Below are positions 50,981 through 59,364 of a stretch of 64,000 nucleotides of DNA, piece by piece; the stretch's first letter is position 1, and every line of letters begins with the position of its first letter. The stretch is from Muribaculaceae bacterium (lineage in GTDB: Bacteria; Bacteroidota; Bacteroidia; Bacteroidales; Muribaculaceae). Where the stretch lies: NCBI GenBank assembly GCA_023666885.1, contig JAMPBB010000001.1:278068-342067 (forward strand), written 5' to 3'. A program made the translations under genes and the position numbers. The notes under the pieces are model-generated. The model was not told the DNA's origin and made no database searches. It was given only the letters and a program-made list of their open reading frames with translations.

Positions 50981-52831
50981 TTATTCCCATCCGGGGTTCT
51001 GGTCAGCAGCAGTTATGGCGCTGTTGGCGTTGATGAGGCTCATAGGAATGGGGAGCAGATACTGGCGAACTTCAAAAGTACGCATATCATTATTGAACGG
51101 TATCACACCAATGAAGCAAGCGTTACGGTCACGGTTGATTTCCATGAGGTAGGCGGGCTCCATGAGCTCAGGAATAAGTCCGGAGGGAGCTACACCGTGG
51201 TTAGCTTCGCCGCCGTATTTACCCCAGCGGAGGAGGCTCCAGTAGTAGTCACATTCCCAGAAGAGTTCACACTGGCGCTCAGTCTTGTACTCTTCCCATG
51301 CAGTGGCAAGGTCTGTGGTGGTAGAAGCGGGGAGCTGTCCGTGAATAGTGCGGGTCTGATTGTAGGTGGCTACAGCGTCAGATACGCGGTTCAGACGGAG
51401 CTGAGCTTCAGCCTTGTTGAGCAGAGCACGGCCATAACGGTATACTACCTGATGCCATGCAGTGGCAGTGTTGTAGAAAGGACGCGGGCTCATGTTGGTG
51501 TAGATAGTCTTACGGGTAGCATAGTTGGTAACGGGGAAGTGGTTACCACCGTAAGGAGTACCTGACCAACGGGTCATGTTACCATGGTTGATCATAGCTA
51601 TGGTTTCGCCATAGAATTCTGAACCGTCACGAAGTATAGAAGCATCGAAGCGAGCATCACGGCCATTGTACATGAGTTCGCTTATGTTAGCTGTACCGCC
51701 GGTAATTTCATAAGCCTTGTAGACTTTGTCATTATCCATATGCTCTATCTTAGAGAATGCGGTAGCCTGATCTATTTCGCGAGTGTTGTTCAGGAACTGG
51801 CTGGTTTCATACCATTTCTTGGCCTTACCGTCAGCTTCATCTATCACGAGATACGCATCAACGAGATTCTGTGAAGGAGTGTAGTCAAGCCAGCACTCGA
51901 AAATGTCAGCCTGTTTCCACAGAGGAGAACACCCACGCAGTTCAAGGTTAGAGTTGAGCACATTAGCTATGAGGCTAATCATAGACGTATTCTGACACTG
52001 TGTGCGGTCCTTGTCATAGTAACGGGCCAGAATGATCTCAGGCGATGTGTACGCACCATTCTCATTGAAAATGTCAGTAAATGCGGGGTCAAGTGAATAA
52101 CCTGATATGGCATCTACACAGTCAATGGCTTCCTGATAGAGGCTCTTACCGTTCTGGAGTGAAGCGGCATCGTTAGTATAAGCGGCAGCGGTAAGAAGCA
52201 CCTCAGAGGTGAATGCATAACCGAAGTCACGGTTCAGAGCACCTGCGGGTTCATCCTTAGGCAGGTCAGCCAAAGCTTCACGAAGGTCAGTGAGCACGAG
52301 CTTGTAGCTCTCTTCAACGCTCTTGGTAAGAGGCAGATTGAAATCCTCAGTTTCGGGAGTGAGCACCTTGTCCACCCAAATGAACTTACCGGTCTTACGG
52401 GCGAAATCATAGTAAACCATAGCGCGCATGAGCTTACCTATGGCCACGTATTTGCGCTTGTCATACTCATTGAGCACAGTGCTTTCACTGCAGCGCTCTA
52501 TAATCATGTTACAGTCACGGATTATGCTGAAACGACTGTTCAGACCTATATCAAAGTTACTGTTAGTGATGATACCGAGGCAGTTGCCGGGACAGGAAGC
52601 ACGGCAGTTAACCATATTGGCGGTGAAGTTGCGGTCAGTCCATGTATTGTCAGTGTAGTAGCTCATGACGGTATTGTATTTACCGAGCACGAATGCTTCC
52701 ACATTGGCCGCACTACCCCATACGAGGTCCTCGCTGTAGATGGCGGCGGGCTTGGTGTCAAGGAAGTCGCCGCAGCTCTGCATTGAAATGCCTAAGCCTA
52801 ACGCGAGAGGTATAAGATATTTTGCTTTCAT
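50981..52831 (-). CDS. susD: RagB/SusD family nutrient-binding lipoprotein
   Basis: Lipobox MQSC-GDFLDTKP; LLNKAEA, ERQCELFWE...YWSLLRWG, YLLPIP and QNPGW. Confidence 0.93.
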   Translation of the reverse strand: MKAKYLIPLALGLGISMQSCGDFLDTKPAAIYSEDLVWGSAANVEAFVLGKYNTVMSYYTDNTWTDRNFTANMVNCRASCPGNCLGIITNSNFDIGLNSRFSIIRDCNMIIERCSESTVLNEYDKRKYVAIGKLMRAMVYYDFARKTGKFIWVDKVLTPETEDFNLPLTKSVEESYKLVLTDLREALADLPKDEPAGALNRDFGYAFTSEVLLTAAAYTNDAASLQNGKSLYQEAIDCVDAISGYSLDPAFTDIFNENGAYTSPEIILARYYDKDRTQCQNTSMISLIANVLNSNLELRGCSPLWKQADIFECWLDYTPSQNLVDAYLVIDEADGKAKKWYETSQFLNNTREIDQATAFSKIEHMDNDKVYKAYEITGGTANISELMYNGRDARFDASILRDGSEFYGETIAMINHGNMTRWSGTPYGGNHFPVTNYATRKTIYTNMSPRPFYNTATAWHQVVYRYGRALLNKAEAQLRLNRVSDAVATYNQTRTIHGQLPASTTTDLATAWEEYKTERQCELFWECDYYWSLLRWGKYGGEANHGVAPSGLIPELMEPAYLMEINRDRNACFIGVIPFNNDMRTFEVRQYLLPIPMSLINANSAITAADQNPGWE

Positions 52832-52850
52832 GTTGATAAATTCCTTAATA

Positions 52851-55800
52851 TTAGAAGCCGATATTGAGGCTTACGGTGTAAACTCGTGATACGGGATATG
52901 TGTAACCGTTGGCCGAACCTGATTCAGGGTCAAGACCCCACTTCTTGGCGGGGCTGAAAGTGAGCAGGTTGTAGCCTGAGAGGCTGAGATAGCACTTTGA
53001 GAGCCACTTGGTGTTGCGCAGCAGCTTGTGCTTGAAGTCATAGCCTACAGTAAGGTTCTTCAGACGGATGTACTTGGCGTCAACCAACCAGAAGTCAGTA
53101 CCTACGAAGTTGTTGCTGCTGGTAGCACCGGGAGCATAGTGCTGACGGGGATAGAGGGCATCGGTATTGTCAGGAGCCCAGATATCGGTCTGGAAGTCAT
53201 AGATAACGGGGAGATAGTTAGAGTTACCGCCCATGAGGATGCCGTCCAGGTACATGTCATAAGAGGTAGCGCCCTGCCAAAGCATGCTCAGGCCGAAACC
53301 ACGCCAGCGTACATCGGCTGTGATACCATAGTTGGCGTTAGGCGATGTGCCACGACCCATACGGTACTGGTCATCGCCGTCAATCTTACCGTCACCGTTG
53401 AAGTCATAGTACTTCAGGTCACCTGCCATGATGTTACGTGAGTCATTGCGCTTAGGTGAGTTGAGCACATCCTCATATGAGGTGTAGTAGCCAAGGTTCT
53501 TGTACAGGTTGCTGTAATAATCGTGGGCCTGAGTGGAACGCTTGTAGGGGTTCTTGAGCGAGGTTTCTGATTCGTTGGGGTTGATGTTCCAACGGTCATC
53601 ATACAGGGTGAAGTTGCCACCTATCTGATAGGAAACTTCGCCTATGCGACCGTTGTACTGAAGGGTGAAGTCGAAACCGCGGCGGCGGCTTTCGCCATCG
53701 GACTTAACCATAGGCAGTGACAGACCGAGAGGAGCGGTGTAACCTACGTTAGAGGGCGATGCAAGGTAACCCTTGGTGCTCTTGTAGAAGTAATCGAACG
53801 ATCCTGAGAATGCGCTGTTGAAAGCTGCGAAGTCAAAACCTATGTTGAAGTCATGCTGAGTGTACCAGCAGAGGTCGGGGCTGGGAAGTGCGCCTTCCGA
53901 GAAGGTTTGATACCACTTCTGGCCTATGTAAGCACCGGTATTGTTAAGACTGTAAGAGGTGAGGTATGCATAGCGTGATACATTGTCAAGACCTATTTCA
54001 CCGTATGATCCACGGATCTTGAACATGTTCACGTAGTCATAGAGCTTGCTTTCCTTCCAGAATGCCTCCTCAGAAACAGCCCAACCGAGTGAACCTGAAT
54101 AGAAGGTACCCCAGCGGCGATTCTTAGGCAGATTGTCAGTACCGTCATGACGGAGTGAGAATTCAGCCATGTAGCGGGCAGCATAGTCATAGTGAGCGCG
54201 GAACACTACAGAAGCGCGGCGCCACTGTACACCGTCCTCAGCACTGTTGGTAGCAGTACCTACGGGGCCTGCACCGATCTGATCTACGTCAAGCACATAC
54301 TGCGAGCGGGCAAGTGAGTTATTGTCATAACCTGAGCCTGATGCTTCTATACCGAGAGTAGCCTCAACGGTGTGTTCACCGAAGGTGCGGTTATAGTTGG
54401 CCAGCAGCTGAGTGTTGTAGTAGTTATAGAAGTTAGCAGTCTTGCTCAAGCTGGGCATGGGTATGGTGTTGGGTTCACCCTCCCAGTTGTAAGCATGAGC
54501 CTGCATATTCCATGACTTTGAGCGGGTGCTCAGCACTGCATATGAAGCCACGCCTGAAATGCGGAGGCCCTTGACCCAGGGAAGATCCCACTGTGCATTG
54601 ATGGTACCGCGAACGTTGGTATTGTTAGCCTTAACATAGCCGCCTTCGCTGGAAATATCTATAAGGGGGTTGTCGGTAGTTCCGCTGTAGGGCTGGCCGA
54701 AGGGGTTACGAGCCACTTCGAAAGGCTTCTTGTTCTGGATGTGTGACCATACATAGTAGTAGCTTGAAGAGGGGTCGCGGCGGTCGGTAAGATAAGCCTC
54801 AAGACCGGTGTTTACACGCAGACCTATGCTCTTCAGGTTAACTTCAATGTTGGTACGGGCGTTGTAACGCTTATAAGTGTTGGAGTTGGTGCGGTAGATT
54901 GACTCCTGATCATAGTAGCTGAGGGCCGTATAAGCCTTAACCACTTCCGAGCCACCGGTTATAGTGAGGAGGTGACGCATTTCTGGAGCTGCATTACGCA
55001 TGGTTTCCTTCTGCCAGTCAGTATTGGGGTGACCTTCGGGATCGGTTCCGTCAAGGAACAGCTGAAGCTCGGCATCGGACCACGGAGCCTGCATACCGTC
55101 ATACTGATAACCGCGATTCTGATACACAGCGGCGGTATAAGCGTCAACCTTCTTGGGTAGGTCAGCGGGCTGGCTGAGGGTGTAGTTGAACTGATAGTCA
55201 ACTGATACCTTACCGGCTTCACCGCGCTTGGTGGTAACTATGATGATACCGTTAGCAGCACGGGCACCATATATAGCGGTGGCTGAAGCATCCTTAAGCA
55301 CTGACATAGATTCAATGTCGGCGGGGTTCAGGTTGTCGAATTCACGCTTTTCGCTGATGATGTTGTCAATAACGAAGAGGGGTTCGCCACCACCACGGAT
55401 AGAGATGGATGAGCCTACGTCAAGACCGCCACCTGACTGCTGCACGATAAGACCGGCAGCACGACCGGCGAGAGCCTGTGAGATGTTAGGCACGGGAACC
55501 TTTTCGATTTCGTTGGCCTTGATAACTGACACGGACGAGGTGGTTTTACGCTTGGAGGTTGTACCGTAACCTACCACCACTACTTCATCAAGCTTCATGG
55601 ACTGCTCTACGAGCTTGACAACAAGGTCAGAGCCGGTTATAGCCACTTCCTGAGGCACCATACCTATGTAGGAAACTACAAGGGTCTTTTCTTTGTCAGG
55701 AACATTGAGAGTAAATTCACCGTCAATATTGGTGGAAACACCAATAGAAGGATTGCCCTTGCACTTGACGGTAGCGCCCACAATGGGGTCGTCAGTTGCC

Positions 55801-55892
55801 GCTTCAATGACGGTACCACGCACAGTGCGTGCCATAGATACTCCTGCCATAAGCGACAAACATGTCAGAAACAACAAAAGTCTTCTTTTCAT
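52851..55892 (-). CDS. susC: SusC/RagA TonB-dependent transporter
   Basis: LDEVVVVGYG, DIESMSVLKDASATAIYGARAANGIIIVTTKRG and C-terminal YPVSRVYTVSLNIGF. Confidence 0.96.
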   Translation of the reverse strand: MKRRLLLFLTCLSLMAGVSMARTVRGTVIEAATDDPIVGATVKCKGNPSIGVSTNIDGEFTLNVPDKEKTLVVSYIGMVPQEVAITGSDLVVKLVEQSMKLDEVVVVGYGTTSKRKTTSSVSVIKANEIEKVPVPNISQALAGRAAGLIVQQSGGGLDVGSSISIRGGGEPLFVIDNIISEKREFDNLNPADIESMSVLKDASATAIYGARAANGIIIVTTKRGEAGKVSVDYQFNYTLSQPADLPKKVDAYTAAVYQNRGYQYDGMQAPWSDAELQLFLDGTDPEGHPNTDWQKETMRNAAPEMRHLLTITGGSEVVKAYTALSYYDQESIYRTNSNTYKRYNARTNIEVNLKSIGLRVNTGLEAYLTDRRDPSSSYYYVWSHIQNKKPFEVARNPFGQPYSGTTDNPLIDISSEGGYVKANNTNVRGTINAQWDLPWVKGLRISGVASYAVLSTRSKSWNMQAHAYNWEGEPNTIPMPSLSKTANFYNYYNTQLLANYNRTFGEHTVEATLGIEASGSGYDNNSLARSQYVLDVDQIGAGPVGTATNSAEDGVQWRRASVVFRAHYDYAARYMAEFSLRHDGTDNLPKNRRWGTFYSGSLGWAVSEEAFWKESKLYDYVNMFKIRGSYGEIGLDNVSRYAYLTSYSLNNTGAYIGQKWYQTFSEGALPSPDLCWYTQHDFNIGFDFAAFNSAFSGSFDYFYKSTKGYLASPSNVGYTAPLGLSLPMVKSDGESRRRGFDFTLQYNGRIGEVSYQIGGNFTLYDDRWNINPNESETSLKNPYKRSTQAHDYYSNLYKNLGYYTSYEDVLNSPKRNDSRNIMAGDLKYYDFNGDGKIDGDDQYRMGRGTSPNANYGITADVRWRGFGLSMLWQGATSYDMYLDGILMGGNSNYLPVIYDFQTDIWAPDNTDALYPRQHYAPGATSSNNFVGTDFWLVDAKYIRLKNLTVGYDFKHKLLRNTKWLSKCYLSLSGYNLLTFSPAKKWGLDPESGSANGYTYPVSRVYTVSLNIGF

Positions 55893-56044
55893 GTTACTAT
55901 ATTTACAGTTTGGTTAATAAATAGGTGTTAATTCGTAATTCTTAACTAAAAAGAAGAAAATGATGATGTGTATCCAAGAAGTGATTTTAAGTAGATTTAA
56001 GGTCTGTGATACTCAGATATAGCACATATTTCAAATTCCGAGCC

Positions 56045-56080
56045 CAAATGTAAATAAAAATTTAAATTTTACCCCCCCCC
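56045..56080 (-). promoter_or_regulatory. susC promoter with a G9 homopolymer at the -33 position
   Basis: TACATTTG on minus (56045-56052); C9 on plus at 56072-56080, 19 nt upstream. Confidence 0.6.
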
Positions 56081-56147
56081 TAATTAACACTTTTAACATT
56101 TTCCATTACGTATTTTTAACATAAAAATATCTAAACGCCCCGCCGCA

Positions 56148-56251
56148 GGGCCTCGCAGGAGCCCCAATATAATAGGCCACAGTAAGCAGCGCTCCAGCAA
56201 TGTGCGGCTGCGGTATAGGGGATGTAATGAAATTGAGCTGCGTAGCTGCGA
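56148..56251 (-). repeat. Partial inverted copy of the family 2 element
   Basis: aatataataggccac...gcggctgcggtatagggg...agctgcgtagctgcga aligns to the reverse complement of 49039-49145. Confidence 0.7.
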
Positions 56252-56264
56252 CACATGGTTCACT

Positions 56265-56335
56265 GATTGTGAAACAAACATTACATTTTTAGCCACGAGC
56301 CGAAGCCGTTAGGCGTAGACCCGTGGTATTGGATA
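56265..56335 (+). repeat. REP-like repeat family 1, copy C
   Basis: 65/71 identical to copy B (49200-49270) by manual alignment. Confidence 0.85.
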
Positions 56336-56400
56336 ACAACATAATTGAATCTGAAAGATTCATTTATGATTCCGTTCAGAATCGTTTCCGAGCACAACGC

Positions 56401-56474
56401 TACCGTGGGTCTGCGCCTAACGGCTCCGGCCCACGGCTATGCATAAATGATTGCTCCGCAATCCGACCATATTA
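56401..56474 (-). repeat. REP-like repeat family 1, copy D
   Basis: Reverse complement reads gattgcggagcaatc...ccgtgggccggagccgttaggcgcagacccacgg. Confidence 0.88.
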
Positions 56475-56538
56475 TATCCAGAGAAAGCTATTAACGTAAA
56501 TCCATGCCCAGCTACTCACCGGAGGTGTCAGCAAGGTA

Positions 56539-56868
56539 TCATAATCCCAAGTCGGCAGCGATGGATTTAATCGCTGAGAGCACTATGTTGTCGTAGTCCG
56601 ACTTATCATAAGCATACAGTAGATACAGACGGCCGTTTCGTTCAACCATATCAAGGGTAATAACACGGCATCCGCCGGACTTCCCTTTGCCTTTGGACGC
56701 AATAGCCATCCTAACCTTACGATACCCATTGTCTAAATCCACTCCCATACGAGGATTTTCTTCCAAATTTCTTACGAGCTCCTTGTAATCCTGATTGAAG
56801 CTTCTATATTTCTTGGCTATGGGCTTGGCACTTCTGATGAATGCTTCCGTAGCAATGACTTCCATCAA
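56539..56868 (-). CDS. RelE/HigB-like type II toxin
   Basis: F.RSAKPIAKKYRS, RKVRMAIASKGKGKSGGCRVI and LLYAYDKS. Confidence 0.88.
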   Translation of the reverse strand: MMEVIATEAFIRSAKPIAKKYRSFNQDYKELVRNLEENPRMGVDLDNGYRKVRMAIASKGKGKSGGCRVITLDMVERNGRLYLLYAYDKSDYDNIVLSAIKSIAADLGL

Positions 56869-57095
56869 AATTCCACATTTTTAGCCAATGGAAGCTCCTT
56901 GCCGGAATGCAAATGAGCTTTTACCTCTGAAAGTGCGGCGCGGATGTCGGACTCAACGATACGGTCAGTGTCGGAAACAGGCACAATCTTAAAATTGCCC
57001 ACCCTTGATGTAAGCATAATAGTCTGTCCGGCGCGTGCTGCGCTAAGGATCTTTGTCTGATTAGCTCTAAACTCTCGTGCTGATATTACCTGCAT
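56865..57095 (-). CDS. Phd/YefM-like antitoxin
   Basis: MQVISAREFRANQTKIL; 4-nt overlap with the toxin; TATATTTG at 57114-57121 with an adjacent imperfect palindrome at 57127-57148. Confidence 0.82.
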   Translation of the reverse strand: MQVISAREFRANQTKILSAARAGQTIMLTSRVGNFKIVPVSDTDRIVESDIRAALSEVKAHLHSGKELPLAKNVEF

Positions 57096-57223
57096 AATCT
57101 TAATATTCTTCTGCAAATATAACAAATGGTATCCAATTTGGTACACCATCTAACATTTTTTTATCCGTAGCATAGCAAAATCGCGTTTAATGATTACTTC
57201 AGAATCATGTTTGCATCCATACT

Positions 57224-57297
57224 TACCGTGGGTCTGCGCCTAAAGGCTCCGGCCCACGGCTATGCATAAATGATTGCTCCGCAATCAGACCATATTA
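57224..57297 (-). repeat. REP-like repeat family 1, copy E
   Basis: 72/74 identical to copy D by manual alignment. Confidence 0.88.
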
Positions 57298-57342
57298 ACA
57301 TTACAGGGGGAAATTAATATCACAGGGAAAAGCGATTAGCGT

Positions 57343-57472
57343 AAATCCGCGTCCTTCGGACACGTTTCACCAAACATCGCGTGTACCCGTGACATTCTAC
57401 GCATGTCACGGGCTACGCAGAAATCCATGTCCTCCCGGACATGCAGTCAATTTACTGGGCCGTGTAGCGGCC
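57343..57472. repeat. Palindromic element cluster (family 3 plus a family 2 cap)
   Basis: aaatccgcgtccTTCggacacg; cccgtgacat/atgtcacggg; aaatccatgtccTCCcggacatg; ggccgtgtagcggcc. Confidence 0.7.
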
Positions 57473-57637
57473 TGACGCGGGTTTTCCCTAATGAGAATGC
57501 CCCGATTCGCGTAGTATAAGTCCCGAAGGAACGTGCCAACGGAAGCCCCGCATCAAGCAAATGCGTAACAGAGAAACCCTTACCCAGAAAGCTCCGAATG
57601 AGAGCCAAGACGCAACACACCAATCTGATTCTGCTCT

Positions 57638-57889
57638 TCATAAGCCCATAGATTTATACATGGCTTCTACGCTTGACACATCAAGTGGTCCCTGCAACTT
57701 TCCGGACTTCGCTTCGTCAATCGCAGCCAGGGTATCTTCGTTAGGCTCGGAATATGCTAATTCAATCAGTGCACACTCCACAAAGTTATTCAGGCTTCGA
57801 TTCTGTTTGCGAGCCATCTTTTTCAAACGTTCAATAAGCTCTACCGGTAAACGGAAACTCTGGGCTTTTTTATTGACTGCAATATCCAT
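57638..57889 (-). CDS. Ribbon-helix-helix antitoxin-like protein with no recognisable toxin partner
   Basis: QSFRLPVELIERLKKMARKQNRSLNNFVE (RHH) plus the RelB/DinJ-like tail EPNEDTLAAIDEA. Start at ATG 57889. Confidence 0.8.
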   Translation of the reverse strand: MDIAVNKKAQSFRLPVELIERLKKMARKQNRSLNNFVECALIELAYSEPNEDTLAAIDEAKSGKLQGPLDVSSVEAMYKSMGL

Positions 57890-57973
57890 AATGACATCTT
57901 TTGTGTGCAAATTTAAATCATTTGTACTACAAAAACAAGCATACGCAGCAATAGTTTCAAAATCACATTAAAA

Positions 57974-58753
57974 TCAGCGTAGGAGGGGGCGGAGCTGGGG
58001 GAAGATGGGCTCGGAGGCGGCCACTATGGATATGGGGCGGTGGGAGGCAAGGAGCTCATGGCGCCCTCCGGCCTCGCTGAGAATGAGCAGCCCGGCGCTT
58101 ACATCCCACGGATGCAGGCCCAGCTCCCAATAGCCGTCGAGATACCCGGCAGCCACGTAGCAGAGATCCATGGCTGCCGACCCGAGACGGCGCACATCGC
58201 GCACATGGGGCAGCACGGCGGCAAGGTTGGCAAGGTTATTGTCAGGATTCACGTCCTTGTCCACAGGGAAGCCGGTGGATATCACGGCCCGTGACAGCAT
58301 GAGGTTAGGCCGCGTAGAAAGCGGGTGGCCGTTAAGATAAGCCCCGCCACCGAGCCGCGCATGGAACAGCTCGTCAAGATAGGGCGCAAATACCACTCCG
58401 GCCACCGTAGTGCCACGGTACTCTAACCCTATGGACACGGCAAATATGGGCAGCCCTTCATTGAAATTAGTGGTGCCGTCAAGAGGGTCTATCACCCAGC
58501 GGTAATCAGCCTCATCCCCACCGGATGCGCCGGACTCCTCCGAGAGTATGGCATGGTCAGGGTGGGCGCAGCGTATTGCAGCCAGCAGCAGTCGCTCGGA
58601 TTCACGGTCGGCCACGGTGACGATGTCGCTTTCACCGTATTTCTTCTGTATGTCAAGGCCGTAGGTGCGGAAATACCGCATATGTACGGCACCGGCTTCG
58701 CGTGCCCAGCTGAGGGTCTCGAGAAGCAGCGAGTCAATGTAAGTGGTGTCCAT
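57974..58753 (-). CDS. Inositol monophosphatase family protein (SuhB-like)
   Basis: DIVTVAD, SEE, WVIDPLDGTTNF, RRLGSAAMD and WDVSAG. Confidence 0.93.
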   Translation of the reverse strand: MDTTYIDSLLLETLSWAREAGAVHMRYFRTYGLDIQKKYGESDIVTVADRESERLLLAAIRCAHPDHAILSEESGASGGDEADYRWVIDPLDGTTNFNEGLPIFAVSIGLEYRGTTVAGVVFAPYLDELFHARLGGGAYLNGHPLSTRPNLMLSRAVISTGFPVDKDVNPDNNLANLAAVLPHVRDVRRLGSAAMDLCYVAAGYLDGYWELGLHPWDVSAGLLILSEAGGRHELLASHRPISIVAASEPIFPQLRPLLR

Positions 58754-58776
58754 ACTTGGATAACCGCTACGAGCGG

Positions 58777-59247
58777 TCAAAAGTTTTCCTCAAGTATGGG
58801 AGCCTGTCGCTTAAACTCCTCGCGGAAAGATATGAGCGTTTCGGTACGTCCGGGCACTATGCGCTGCACACGCGATGATATGATGCGGAGCAGGTGCTCA
58901 TTGTTGCGGGCATAGATCTTGAGCATGAGGTCATACTTGCCGGTGGTACAGTGGCACTCCACCACCTCAGGCACTTCCTTAAGGCGAGCCACCACCTGCT
59001 CCACATCCGTGGATCCCGCAAGGAGGCACCCTACATAAGCACAGGTATCATAGCCCACGGCTGCGGGCGATATGAGCGATTCGAATCCCTTAATCACACC
59101 TGATGCTGTAAGCTTCTGTATACGCTGATGAACGGCAGCCCCTGACACTCCACATTCACGGGCTATTTCAAGGAAAGGCTTGCGTGCATTTTCGGCAAGC
59201 AGATGCAGGATGTTTCGGTCAAGAGTATCAAATTGTAAATGAGGCAT
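58777..59247 (-). CDS. Lrp/AsnC family transcriptional regulator
   Basis: LDRNIL...NARKPFLEIARECGVSGAAVHQRI HTH; VVECHCTTGKYD. Confidence 0.93.
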   Translation of the reverse strand: MPHLQFDTLDRNILHLLAENARKPFLEIARECGVSGAAVHQRIQKLTASGVIKGFESLISPAAVGYDTCAYVGCLLAGSTDVEQVVARLKEVPEVVECHCTTGKYDLMLKIYARNNEHLLRIISSRVQRIVPGRTETLISFREEFKRQAPILEENF

Positions 59248-59364
59248 GGTGAAATATCTAAAATTTGACGCAAAAATATTAATAATGACTGAAATTTCAA
59301 ACATCAAAACAAATACTGACACAGAATCGTTAAATTTGCACACCGTTTCAACTCAACCCTTGAT

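Noticed and set aside
55900-56100. Invertible promoter upstream of susC
   Set aside because: No pair of inverted repeats closely flanking the -7/-33 region was found, and there is no recombinase nearby.
56093-56296. 67-aa ORF upstream of susC
   Set aside because: Composed of family 1 and family 2 repeat sequence; likely spurious.
49200-57297. CRISPR array interpretation of the repeats
   Set aside because: Copies are 60-75 nt, in both orientations and irregularly spaced from about 70 bp to 7 kb, with no unique spacers of constant length and no cas genes.
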